Shown: one piece after another, positions 16,465 through 24,797 of the stretch
Layout of the letters: each line of letters starts with the position of its first letter
Position numbering within the stretch: position 1 is the stretch's first letter
Source: an uncultured Chloroflexia bacterium
GTDB taxonomy: Bacteria > Chloroflexota > Ktedonobacteria > Ktedonobacterales > JADMIN01
Length of the DNA: 32,000 nt
NCBI GenBank assembly: GCA_963718915.1
Contig: CAVRAI010000004.1
Coordinates: 600,001-632,000, forward strand
Reading direction: 5' to 3'
Made by a program: the position numbers and the translations under genes
Notes under the pieces: generated by a model
Database searches by the model: none
Seen by the model: the letters and a program-made list of their open reading frames with translations, nothing else
What the model was told of the DNA's origin: nothing

Positions 16465-17780
16465 TGGGCGAGGCAATGAATTGGTCAGCACTGCTGGACG
16501 CGCTGGCGGATGTGTTAGTCGAGACAGGTGGCTGGGGGTGGCTGGTGGGCGGCTGCCTGCGCGATGCGCTGCTGGGCATACCCGTCCACGATGTGGATGT
16601 CGCGATGACTGGGGAGCCATTGCTAGTGGCCGAACGGCTGGCGCGGCAGTTGCGGCTTGCGGTGGCACGGCTGGGCCACGGTACCATCAGACTTGTCTCG
16701 CGCCACAATCCCGAAATGTATCTCGATCTGACCCAGCTTCAAGGTGGCGACATCCTGGCTGATCTCGCTCGGCGCGACTTTACGGTCAACGCGATGGCAT
16801 TGCCACTCATGGCGCGCGCAGACTGGCTTGCGCTTATGCATGGCCACAAAAAAGGCATGCCCGACCTGATCGATCCCTCTGACGGCCTCCGTCACTTGAG
16901 CGTGAGGCGACTGGTCGCAGTTGGGTCGGAAACATATCGCGATGACCCTGGACGTATCGTGCGGGCGGCACGGTTGCGGGCGCATCTCGGGCTGCTCCCA
17001 GATGCTGAGACCGCGCGTTTGGCCCAAGAAGCGGTTCCTCAGCTGCTTACGCTCTCGCCAGATCGGCTGCGCGAAGAGATGGCGCTGTTGCTGGCGCTCC
17101 CTCAGGCAACGGATGGGGTAGCGCTGCTGGACGAGTTGGGCGCGCTTCCCGTGCTCTATCCAGGACTCAGTGGCGGTGCTGCCATTCATGCGCTGGCAAC
17201 CCTGCGACAGCTTGATCGGTTGATGGGTATACGTGGCGATGGAGAGAGTTTTCCGGCGCTCACGGCGTGGGGTGAGAGCGATGCTCGCAGAGTATCGCTG
17301 CGTGTTTCTGCCCTGATCCACGCGCGCGCCGGACATGACGACAGCTCACCTGCACCGACACTCTGGCGACAGGCGAAGGCTGTGCTGGAAGCCGAAAGTG
17401 GTCGCGAGCGACTCCTTGCCGCGCGCGTGTTGTTTTGGGAAGGAGGCAAGAGTGACGATATGACAGTCGATGCGCTGTTGGTGGCGACGGCATGTACGCT
17501 CACCCGCGACGACCAGCGGTTGGGCATGGAGCTGGCAGTACGTGCAAATGCGTTGGTGGCGATGTATATCCATCAGCGCGAACAACTTATTCCATCGCCG
17601 TTGCTCAGCGGTAAAGACCTGATGCTGGCGCTAGGAATCCCCGGCAGCCCGACGCTCGGACGGCTGCTGCGTGCGGTGCGGCTGGCGCAACTGGCGGACG
17701 AGGTGAGCGACCGCGAGGGTGCGCTGGCGCTGGCCCGTCGCCTGCTGGAGACCAATTTCGCCGATCTCATGTCAGAATAG
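16464..17780 (+). CDS. Class II tRNA nucleotidyltransferase / poly(A) polymerase family protein (CCA-adding-like)
   Basis: GGCLRDALLG, HDVDVA (DxD), RRDFTVNAMA and YRDDPGRIVRAARL motifs are present. The ATG overlaps the upstream stop (TAATG). No HD domain recognised. Confidence 0.8.
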   Translation: MGEAMNWSALLDALADVLVETGGWGWLVGGCLRDALLGIPVHDVDVAMTGEPLLVAERLARQLRLAVARLGHGTIRLVSRHNPEMYLDLTQLQGGDILADLARRDFTVNAMALPLMARADWLALMHGHKKGMPDLIDPSDGLRHLSVRRLVAVGSETYRDDPGRIVRAARLRAHLGLLPDAETARLAQEAVPQLLTLSPDRLREEMALLLALPQATDGVALLDELGALPVLYPGLSGGAAIHALATLRQLDRLMGIRGDGESFPALTAWGESDARRVSLRVSALIHARAGHDDSSPAPTLWRQAKAVLEAESGRERLLAARVLFWEGGKSDDMTVDALLVATACTLTRDDQRLGMELAVRANALVAMYIHQREQLIPSPLLSGKDLMLALGIPGSPTLGRLLRAVRLAQLADEVSDREGALALARRLLETNFADLMSE

Positions 17781-17805
17781 TTGGTACTTGTCGTATAAGC
17801 TGGAG

Positions 17806-18603
17806 TCATACCCCGCGTCGTGTTTTGTACCATATTGTGTACTCGCTGACGACCTGGAATCCCAGCCGCAGATAAATCGGTTGGCCGAAGTCGGATGCCT
17901 CCAGTACCGCCGGTAGATCTGGCGCCGCAGCCAGCGCCGCAATGGTCAACGCGCCGCCGTACCCCTTGCCGCGCCTGTCTGGCAGCGTCGCAACGGCGTA
18001 GATACCCACTTCGCGCTCGCCGATGCAGGCCATCGCGCACGACACCGGCTGGTCGTCCTCATAGCCGACGAAGAAACGCAATGGCCCTCCAAAGGCTCGC
18101 TCATCGGTGATGCGGTCGACGTGATACGTCAGCTCGGGAATGGGATAGCCGTGGATCATCACGTAATCGACGTCTCGCAGATCCGACTCGGTGACGGCCT
18201 CCACGATGCGAAACCCGGTTGGAGCAGCGGCAGGAACAGTGGAGGGCAGGCGTACCATAAGCGGTGTCTGGCCCGCCGCACGCATGCCATACGGCGCCAG
18301 GTCAGGCGTGGGCCACGCGCTCCAGAGCATCCACGGCCCACCGATATCCTCGGCGTAGAACTGGTCGAGGCGCGTTATCACGTCAGCGGCCTCCTGCTCC
18401 GCCAGAGGCCGTAGCATCGTCGCGCTATTGGGATACGCGGCTAGCAACTTCGTATCCGCCGCCCAGACGCCATCCCAACGTACCCAGGGTTTGCCCACCG
18501 AGCGAGGAATATACTCGAATTGCAGGGCGAGATTACTGGCGCTGATCGTTCGCCAGGTGTCTATCTCACTCAATTGAGGGACAGGATGCTTATTGGAGGT
18601 CAT
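17806..18603 (-). CDS. GNAT-family N-acetyltransferase (two-domain)
   Basis: The C-terminal VGIYAVATLPDRRGKGYGGALTIAAL...YLRLGF is the acetyl-CoA binding motif A region. The ATG overlaps the upstream stop (ATGA at 18600-18603). Confidence 0.75.
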   Translation of the reverse strand: MTSNKHPVPQLSEIDTWRTISASNLALQFEYIPRSVGKPWVRWDGVWAADTKLLAAYPNSATMLRPLAEQEAADVITRLDQFYAEDIGGPWMLWSAWPTPDLAPYGMRAAGQTPLMVRLPSTVPAAAPTGFRIVEAVTESDLRDVDYVMIHGYPIPELTYHVDRITDERAFGGPLRFFVGYEDDQPVSCAMACIGEREVGIYAVATLPDRRGKGYGGALTIAALAAAPDLPAVLEASDFGQPIYLRLGFQVVSEYTIWYKTRRGV

Positions 18604-19529
18604 AGGTGATTCTCCTCCGTCAGCGTGGCATAGGCGCGGACTGGGAACGTGCCCATCCCCTTAACCTTCACCGGTACCGCCGTGAAGCGAAATCCCTCGG
18701 TCGGTAGCTGCTCCAACCCACGGAGATGCTCCACGATGGGGATTCCCGCGCCAAGCAGAATCGAATGCGCGGGGCGGCGGAGATCGGCGGTATCGTCGAT
18801 ATTGTACGAGTCAATGCCGACAAGCACGGCTCCCGCATCTCGGAGATAACTGGCCGCGTCTTCTGTCAGGAATGGATGCCCCTCGAAATACTTATCGGTG
18901 CGCCAGTGGTGATCCCATCCAGTATGCGCCAACACTGCTCTTCCACGCACATCCACCGCGCCAAACGCCGTGCGGCTGATTGCGCGCTCGGCGCTGCCGG
19001 TGAGCCGAACGAGCACAGCATCGAGGTCGGCGAGGCTTGCCAGGTCAAGCTCGGAAAGATCGTGGCCTTCGGCATAGCGATGGAAAGGGCTATCGAGGTA
19101 GGTGCCTGTATTGGCGACCAGTTCGATCTTGCCGATCTGGAACTCTGTTCCCTCGGCATAGTTGGCGCGCGACTGCGCGCGACTGAGGTAGTCGCAGATG
19201 ATGGGCGCTGGCAGCCCTTTGTACGTAATCATCCCGTCCTCGACGGTGTGGCTCAGGTCGATGTGATGTTGGGAGGTCAGCGTTGCCCCCGTGGTTGTAG
19301 CCGTTCCGCGTTTATGTGGCTCGACAATGATCCGCTTGTTGTTGATACGGATGTTCCGCACCATGAGCAGGCGCAGATCGCGTATCAGGTAATTGGCGAG
19401 TTCATCATCGGCGATATCGTCGCCGGGAATGTCCAGACGGAAGCCCTCGCCTTGCAGTCCGCCGCCATTGGAGAACGTCACCGCGAAGTCAAACTCGACG
19501 CGCCTCTCGCCATGCTGGTCGTTAGCCAT
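18600..19529 (-). CDS. Cyclase-family (kynurenine formamidase-like, PF04199-type) protein with extra N-terminal ~75-aa domain
   Basis: IDLSHTVEDGMITYKG, NTGTYLDSPFH, VLAHTGWDHHW and LVGIDSYNIDD are present. GAGGGG sits 4 nt before ATG 19529. Confidence 0.78.
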   Translation of the reverse strand: MANDQHGERRVEFDFAVTFSNGGGLQGEGFRLDIPGDDIADDELANYLIRDLRLLMVRNIRINNKRIIVEPHKRGTATTTGATLTSQHHIDLSHTVEDGMITYKGLPAPIICDYLSRAQSRANYAEGTEFQIGKIELVANTGTYLDSPFHRYAEGHDLSELDLASLADLDAVLVRLTGSAERAISRTAFGAVDVRGRAVLAHTGWDHHWRTDKYFEGHPFLTEDAASYLRDAGAVLVGIDSYNIDDTADLRRPAHSILLGAGIPIVEHLRGLEQLPTEGFRFTAVPVKVKGMGTFPVRAYATLTEENHL

Positions 19530-19592
19530 GTATCCCCTCTATCTCTGGTGTGCGGCATCGTATTTCGAGACAACTCGTTGCCAATACCAGTA

Positions 19593-19623
19593 TTGACAGG
19601 CAATGGCGGATGAATGTTACACT
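19593..19623 (+). promoter_or_regulatory. Candidate promoter for the GrpB gene
   Basis: TTGACA (19593-19598), 19-nt spacer, extended -10 TGtTACACT (-10 hexamer 19618-19623). Confidence 0.4.
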
Positions 19624-19692
19624 TCACGCGCGGAAACACCATCGACTCTCGCAAGGTGACGATTCACCCGTGATGTGATGGAAGGCTAGACA

Positions 19693-20298
19693 ATGGCAGA
19701 TGAGTCTCCAGCCGTAGCGGAGCGCGTGACAACTGAGGAAGAACTGCGCGCGGTCACTATTGGCGCGCTCCAGCCGCACAATACCACAGTGTTGATTGCC
19801 GACTACGATCCCGAATGGCCACACCAGTTTGCCGTGGAAGCGGCAAAGATACGGGCGGCGCTGGGCGACTGGGCGCTCCTGATCGAGCATGTTGGCTCGA
19901 CCTCAGTGCCTGGACTCGCGGCAAAGCCTATTCTCGATGTGCTGCTGGTCGTTGCCGATTCCGCCGATGAGCCGTCGTACATCCCTGATCTGGAGCGGGT
20001 TGGATATATGCTGCGTATTCGCGAGCCGGAGTGGTTCGAACACCGCGTCTTAAAGGGTGTTGAGCCTTCTGTCAATCTGCATGTATTTTCACCAGGCTGC
20101 CAGGAAACCGAACGCATGGTGCTGATGCGCGACTGGCTCCGCGCTCACGACGACGACCGCGCTTTGTACGAGAAGACCAAGCGCGAACTGGCGCAACGCA
20201 CCTGGAAATATGTGCAGAACTATGCCGATGCCAAGACATCGGTTGTCGAGGCTATTCTGGCACGGGCACGCTCCAGCGGCACGTCTGCTCAGCCGTGA
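19693..20298 (+). CDS. GrpB-family (UPF0157) nucleotidyltransferase-fold protein
   Basis: YDPEWPHQFAVEAAKIRAALG...IEHVGSTSVPGLAAKPILDVLLVV is the GrpB signature. GGAAGG sits 7 nt before the ATG. Confidence 0.85.
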   Translation: MADESPAVAERVTTEEELRAVTIGALQPHNTTVLIADYDPEWPHQFAVEAAKIRAALGDWALLIEHVGSTSVPGLAAKPILDVLLVVADSADEPSYIPDLERVGYMLRIREPEWFEHRVLKGVEPSVNLHVFSPGCQETERMVLMRDWLRAHDDDRALYEKTKRELAQRTWKYVQNYADAKTSVVEAILARARSSGTSAQP

Positions 20299-20300
20299 CG

Positions 20301-20323
20301 CCTGACCCGCGCTGAAGGTCAGG
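20301..20323. terminator. Hairpin shared by convergent GrpB and DinB genes
   Basis: CCTGACC-9 nt-GGTCAGG. It overlaps the DinB stop codon. Confidence 0.4.
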
Positions 20324-20966
20324 AGACGGGCGGCGTTTCCAGTGGGCTGGCGCTGGCGTGTGATGTCGCGCGGTTGGGGGAGCGCCGGAGGCGAAGGCGC
20401 ATCCTTCCCATGAAAGTTTGCTGGAAGCGGTGGTCTCGTGCCTGGCCTATGACATCGCGCAATTGGTCGAGGTGGCTGGCATCGTGTTTGAGACCGCCCA
20501 GGAACCGCGTCACTGGCCCCAGTTCCCTCACTCCTGGACGTGGAGCGTATGTGTTCGACAGGTGTGGCGCATCAGGCCACGTGTTGAGGCTGGCCAGCCG
20601 CATGCGGCGGCTTTCTTCCAGCCGCGCCCGACACTGGGCAATCGTCGTCATGGTGGTCCACGGAACCTCGCTACGGGAGCGACCGTGATACGTCACGCCG
20701 CGGGCCAGTTCTGCCGCCAGTATCGCTGATTCCTCGGATGAGGCGGTCATATGAACGATGATATGGCCGAGCGTCCATGCGATACCCTCTTCGTCAGCGG
20801 TTGCGGCGGCCGGATCGTTCGCCATTGGGTCAACTGCCGCGAAAGTGACATCCGCATCGACACAACGCCTGAGCATCTTCTTGACATCATCGATCAACGC
20901 ATCGGTCATGCGCTGGAGGTCGGCTTTGGCGATGATTTCCTCATTCTCAGGCAATTGAAACGTCAT
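20319..20966 (-). CDS. DinB-superfamily (DinB_2-like) metal-dependent protein
   Basis: Four-helix pattern with WTLGHIIVHMTASSEE and a C-terminal HDASHLDQL-type histidine motif. Confidence 0.7.
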   Translation of the reverse strand: MTFQLPENEEIIAKADLQRMTDALIDDVKKMLRRCVDADVTFAAVDPMANDPAAATADEEGIAWTLGHIIVHMTASSEESAILAAELARGVTYHGRSRSEVPWTTMTTIAQCRARLEESRRMRLASLNTWPDAPHLSNTYAPRPGVRELGPVTRFLGGLKHDASHLDQLRDVIGQARDHRFQQTFMGRMRLRLRRSPNRATSHASASPLETPPVS

Positions 20967-21170
20967 AGACCCCTTCTTGTCGTTGGCTCATGTCGTGCTG
21001 TGCGCTGCCGCATCGCATGCGATCCTCGCTCATTGTACAGGCAGTGTCTACTGACCGATTGCCATTTGCCATGTATTCCACGGTACTATATTGGAAGTGA
21101 CCTCATTTTGGGAAGTATAGCAGAGTTTGCGGCTGTCGCAACCTGATTTCCAGGGAAGGAGAGCGATTCT

Positions 21171-21707
21171 ATGGCTGCGAATGTGGCGATTGCCTGGCTC
21201 ATCCTCCGTCTCGTTGGCGGGCTGATTCTTGCCGCGCACGGTGCGCAGAAGCTCTTTGGCTGGTTTGGTGGCCCTGGTATGGCCAAGTGGGAGCAGGGAT
21301 TGCAGGCGCAGGGATTCAAGCCAGCGCGATTCTGGGCGTACCTGAATATCCTGGGTGAGGTAGGTGGAGGCCTATCCCTGGCATTCGGCTTCCTGACGCC
21401 GCTCGGCGCAGCAGGCGGATTTGGCGCGATGGTCATGGCGATGGGCAAGGCCCACTGGAAGAACGGGTTTTTCAATAGCAAGCGCGGGATCGAGTTCACG
21501 CTGGCTGTCATGGCGATTGCGACCGCCATCGGTCTGGCGGGGGCGGGCACGATCTCGTTGGATCAACTCTTTGGCATTAAACTGCCTTATCCTGTCTTGT
21601 TCATCATCCTGGCGCTCGTCGCGCTGCTGGTGGATATCGTGGGGCTGGTAATGACTCGCCCTCGCCCTGCCCCATCTGCCGGGGCGTCGTCTGGCGCGTC
21701 CTCGTAG
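21171..21707 (+). CDS. DoxX-family membrane protein
   Basis: LRLVGGLILAAHGAQKLFGWFGGPG...LGEVGGGLSLAFGFLTPLGAAG is typical DoxX. AAGGAGAG sits 7 nt before the ATG. Confidence 0.85.
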   Translation: MAANVAIAWLILRLVGGLILAAHGAQKLFGWFGGPGMAKWEQGLQAQGFKPARFWAYLNILGEVGGGLSLAFGFLTPLGAAGGFGAMVMAMGKAHWKNGFFNSKRGIEFTLAVMAIATAIGLAGAGTISLDQLFGIKLPYPVLFIILALVALLVDIVGLVMTRPRPAPSAGASSGASS

Positions 21708-21738
21708 AGTCTTTGCCAGCGCCGCGCGTTTGTCTGGC

Positions 21739-21767
21739 TTGCCGCGCGTGTCGGCGTACGGTATACT
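21739..21767 (+). promoter_or_regulatory. Candidate promoter for tRNA-Ser
   Basis: TTGCCG (21739-21744), 17-nt spacer, TATACT (21762-21767). About 40 nt upstream of the tRNA 5' end. Confidence 0.5.
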
Positions 21768-21813
21768 GTTGCAGTGATTCGGCGCATTGCCGCATGGCGT
21801 CGTCGAGTCTGTT

Positions 21814-21898
21814 GGAGGGATGGCAGAGCGGTCGAATGCGGTGGTCTTGAAAACCACTAGACGGAAACGTCTCCTGGGTTCGAATCCCAGTCCCTCCG
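21814..21898 (+). tRNA. tRNA-Ser, anticodon UGA (class II, long variable arm)
   Basis: Acceptor GGAGGGA/TCCCTCC. Anticodon stem GTGGT/ACCAC with loop CTTGAAA (TGA at 21848-21850). Long variable arm TAGACGGAAACGTCTCC. T-arm TGGGTTCGAATCCCA. Discriminator G. Close to E. coli tRNA-Ser(UGA) by eye. The 3' flank reads CCC, so CCA is not fully encoded. Confidence 0.93.
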
Positions 21899-21920
21899 CC
21901 CGAGATATGCTGTGATAGCG

Positions 21921-21960
21921 AGCGGTATCAGGTCAGTTGGCCCGATACCGCTTCATTCTT
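21921..21960 (+). terminator. Intrinsic terminator after tRNA-Ser
   Basis: AGCGGTATC (21921-21929) pairs with GATACCGCT (21944-21952), followed by TCATTCTT. Confidence 0.55.
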
Positions 21961-22109
21961 CCTAAGTGGTCGTTTGCATGTGATGCATACCTTATAGCGC
22001 TGGACAAACATCACCCACTACGATACAGTCCAGCATGGGTGGCGCAATGGTTTCCCCGCGATGGTGTGTGTTACGATGCCTGGTATAGAGACAGGGAGGG
22101 CGCGCGGCT

Positions 22110-22583
22110 GTGGCGATTACCATCACGGTCAATGGGAAGCAGCACGAGGTGGCGGCAACGCCAGATACACCGCTGCTCTACGTGCTGCGCAACGAGCTGG
22201 GGCTGAACGCGCCACTCTTTGGGTGCGGGCTGGAGCAGTGTGGCGCGTGTAAAGTCTTACGCGGGGCAGAGGCAGTAATGACCTGCATGCTTCCTGTGGG
22301 CGAGGCGGATGGCGCGCGCATCACGACGCTGGAAGGGCTGGCCGAAGATGGCGAGCTGCACCCTGTCCAGCAGGCGTTTCTCGACGAACAGGCGGCGCAG
22401 TGTGGCTATTGCAGCAATGGCATGATCATGACCATCGCTGCGCTGCTCTGGGCGACGCCACACCCAACCGACGAGCAGATTCGTACAGCACTGGACGGTA
22501 ACCTCTGCCGCTGTGGCTCGCACGCGCGCATTCTCCGAGCGGTCAGGCGGGCCGAAGCGCTGATGTGGGGAGATAGCAACTGA
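22110..22583 (+). CDS. (2Fe-2S)-binding small subunit of a molybdenum hydroxylase (IorA / aldehyde oxidoreductase-type)
   Basis: GCGLEQCGACKV and QCGYCSNGMIMT...LCRCGSH cluster motifs are present. GTG 22110 with AGGGAGGG upstream. Confidence 0.9.
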   Translation: MAITITVNGKQHEVAATPDTPLLYVLRNELGLNAPLFGCGLEQCGACKVLRGAEAVMTCMLPVGEADGARITTLEGLAEDGELHPVQQAFLDEQAAQCGYCSNGMIMTIAALLWATPHPTDEQIRTALDGNLCRCGSHARILRAVRRAEALMWGDSN

Positions 22584-24742
22584 TGTCTGACACACCCCCC
22601 GCCAACCCCAACGATACCAACCTGGCAGGTCAGCACGCGCCCGCTGCTGGCGCGCGTTCCTTCTTCGGCACAGCATCTCAGCAACTCGACGACTGGCTGG
22701 CCATCGAGCCAGATGGCACGGTCACCGTCTACAGCGGCAAGGTGGAGTTGGGCACGGGGGTGCGCACAGCGCTGGCACAGATAGTCGCCGAAGAGATGGA
22801 CGTCGCGCTAGAGCGCATTCACATGGTGATGGGGGATACGGCACGGACGCCAAACGAGGGCTATACCGCGGGCAGCATGACTGTCAAAACCAGTGGGATG
22901 ACTCTGCGGCGGGCAGCGGCGACCGCGCGCCAACTTTTGCTGGAGATGGCGGCGTCTGAACTTGGCACGTCTCCTGATGAGCTGACGATCCACGATGGGG
23001 TGATAACGCCGCGCGGCGCGGCTGGGCCGCGAGTGACCATTGCTGGTCTCATGGCGGGTGGGCGTTTTGAACGCCCAATCTCAGAGGCAGCGCCGCTTAA
23101 GCAGCCGGAGGAATACCAGGTCGTAGGTACCTCCGCGCCTCGGCTCGACCTGCCTGCCAGATTCACTGGCCAACCCTCATTCGTCCACGATCTGCGGCTG
23201 CCCGGCATGCTCCATGCGCGCGTCGTCCGTCCGTCCGACGTTGGCGCGACGCTCATCAGTCTGGATGATGGGGCTGTGCAGGGCGCGCGTGTGGTGCGGT
23301 TGAGTGATTTCGTGGCGGTGGTAGCGGAACGTGAGGAGGTGGCGATTCGCGCGACGCGCGCCTTGCGGGTTACCTGGAGTGAGACGGTTGCGCTGCCCGC
23401 GATGGAGTCGCTGCACGAGTCGTTACGTCACGAGCGAGCTACTGTGCGAGTCGCCACAGCCAGCGGCGATGCCGAGGCAGCGATCAAGCGGGCGGCAATA
23501 CAACTGAGCGCGACATACACCATGCCATTCCAGGCGCACGCCTCGGTTGGGCCATCCTGCGCGGTGGCGGACTTTGATGGCGAGCAACTGACTGTCTGGT
23601 GCGCCACACAGGGTGTCCATCCACTACGCGCGGCGCTCGCCAGTCTGTTACAGCTGCCAGAGGAGCGCGTGCGGGTGATCTACATGGAGGGCGCTGGGAG
23701 CTACGGGCACAACGGATCCGATGACGTCGCGGCGGATGCGGCGGTTCTGGCGCGCGAGCTGCGGCGGCCAGTACGCGTGCAATGGTCGCGCGCGGATGAG
23801 TTCTCCGGAGAACCGAAAACGCCCGCGATGGTAATCGACCTTCGTGGAGGATTGGACAAAGCGCACGCGATCAGCGGCTTGATCTTTGAAGGGTGGTCGC
23901 CCTCGCATGGCAATCGCCCGCGCCAGGAAGGTGACTTTCTTGTTGGGCGACAGATGGGCGCGGCGGAGCCTCCGGCGAGAGCTTTCGCGGTTGGGGGTGA
24001 CCGCAACGCGCCAACCGACTACACAATACATGACCAGCGCGTGACAATTCACTGGCTGGCGCGCGAGCCCCTCCGTTATTCCTCCATGCGCAGTCTTGGC
24101 GCGTTTGCCAATGCCTTCGCCAATGAGTCGTTCATGGATGAGCTGGCAATGGCGGCTGGCAGCGACCCACTGACGTTTCGTCTGCGCTATTTGGATGATC
24201 CGCGCGCGCGGGTGGTACTCGAGACGGCGGCGCGGCGCGCGGGCTGGGGCGAGCCACTTCCCGCTGGCGTGGGGCGCGGCCTGGCATTCGCGCGCTACGA
24301 GAATACTGAGGCCTACGTGGCCACCGTCGCCGAGGTCGCGGTGGATGTGGCGACTGGCGCAGTTCGCGTGCACAGGATGGTCGTGGCGCACGACTGCGGG
24401 CAGGTCATCAATCCAGACGGGGTGCGTAACCAGATCGAGGGCAATGTGATCCAGTCGCTGAGCCGCGCGCTGAAGGAGGAGGTGCAATTTACCTCCACGG
24501 GTATCACCAGTCTGGACTGGGAGAGTTACCCAATCCTGACGTTCTCCGAGATCCCGGAGATCATCATCGAATTGATTCATCGGCCTGACCAGCCACCGGT
24601 TGGCGCGGGCGAACCAGCAACGGTTACGACCGCTCCGGCCATCGCCAACGCCATCTACGCGGCATGTGGCGCGCGAATGCGCGCGATCCCACTGACGCCA
24701 GCGCGCGTGAAGGCTTCGCTCGATTCGCTGGCGCACAAGTAG
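22583..24742 (+). CDS. Molybdopterin-binding large subunit of a molybdenum hydroxylase (IorB / aldehyde oxidoreductase-type)
   Basis: 719 aa. VELGTGVRTALAQIVAEEMDV, GSYGHNGSDD and GAGEPATVTTAPAIANAI are typical of the xanthine dehydrogenase/aldehyde oxidase Moco-binding family. The ATG overlaps the upstream TGA by 1 nt. Confidence 0.9.
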   Translation: MSDTPPANPNDTNLAGQHAPAAGARSFFGTASQQLDDWLAIEPDGTVTVYSGKVELGTGVRTALAQIVAEEMDVALERIHMVMGDTARTPNEGYTAGSMTVKTSGMTLRRAAATARQLLLEMAASELGTSPDELTIHDGVITPRGAAGPRVTIAGLMAGGRFERPISEAAPLKQPEEYQVVGTSAPRLDLPARFTGQPSFVHDLRLPGMLHARVVRPSDVGATLISLDDGAVQGARVVRLSDFVAVVAEREEVAIRATRALRVTWSETVALPAMESLHESLRHERATVRVATASGDAEAAIKRAAIQLSATYTMPFQAHASVGPSCAVADFDGEQLTVWCATQGVHPLRAALASLLQLPEERVRVIYMEGAGSYGHNGSDDVAADAAVLARELRRPVRVQWSRADEFSGEPKTPAMVIDLRGGLDKAHAISGLIFEGWSPSHGNRPRQEGDFLVGRQMGAAEPPARAFAVGGDRNAPTDYTIHDQRVTIHWLAREPLRYSSMRSLGAFANAFANESFMDELAMAAGSDPLTFRLRYLDDPRARVVLETAARRAGWGEPLPAGVGRGLAFARYENTEAYVATVAEVAVDVATGAVRVHRMVVAHDCGQVINPDGVRNQIEGNVIQSLSRALKEEVQFTSTGITSLDWESYPILTFSEIPEIIIELIHRPDQPPVGAGEPATVTTAPAIANAIYAACGARMRAIPLTPARVKASLDSLAHK

Positions 24743-24797
24743 TTCGAAAGTATCGTATCTCACCCCTATCTGGGGTATCACCGAGTCAGGGAGAGAA

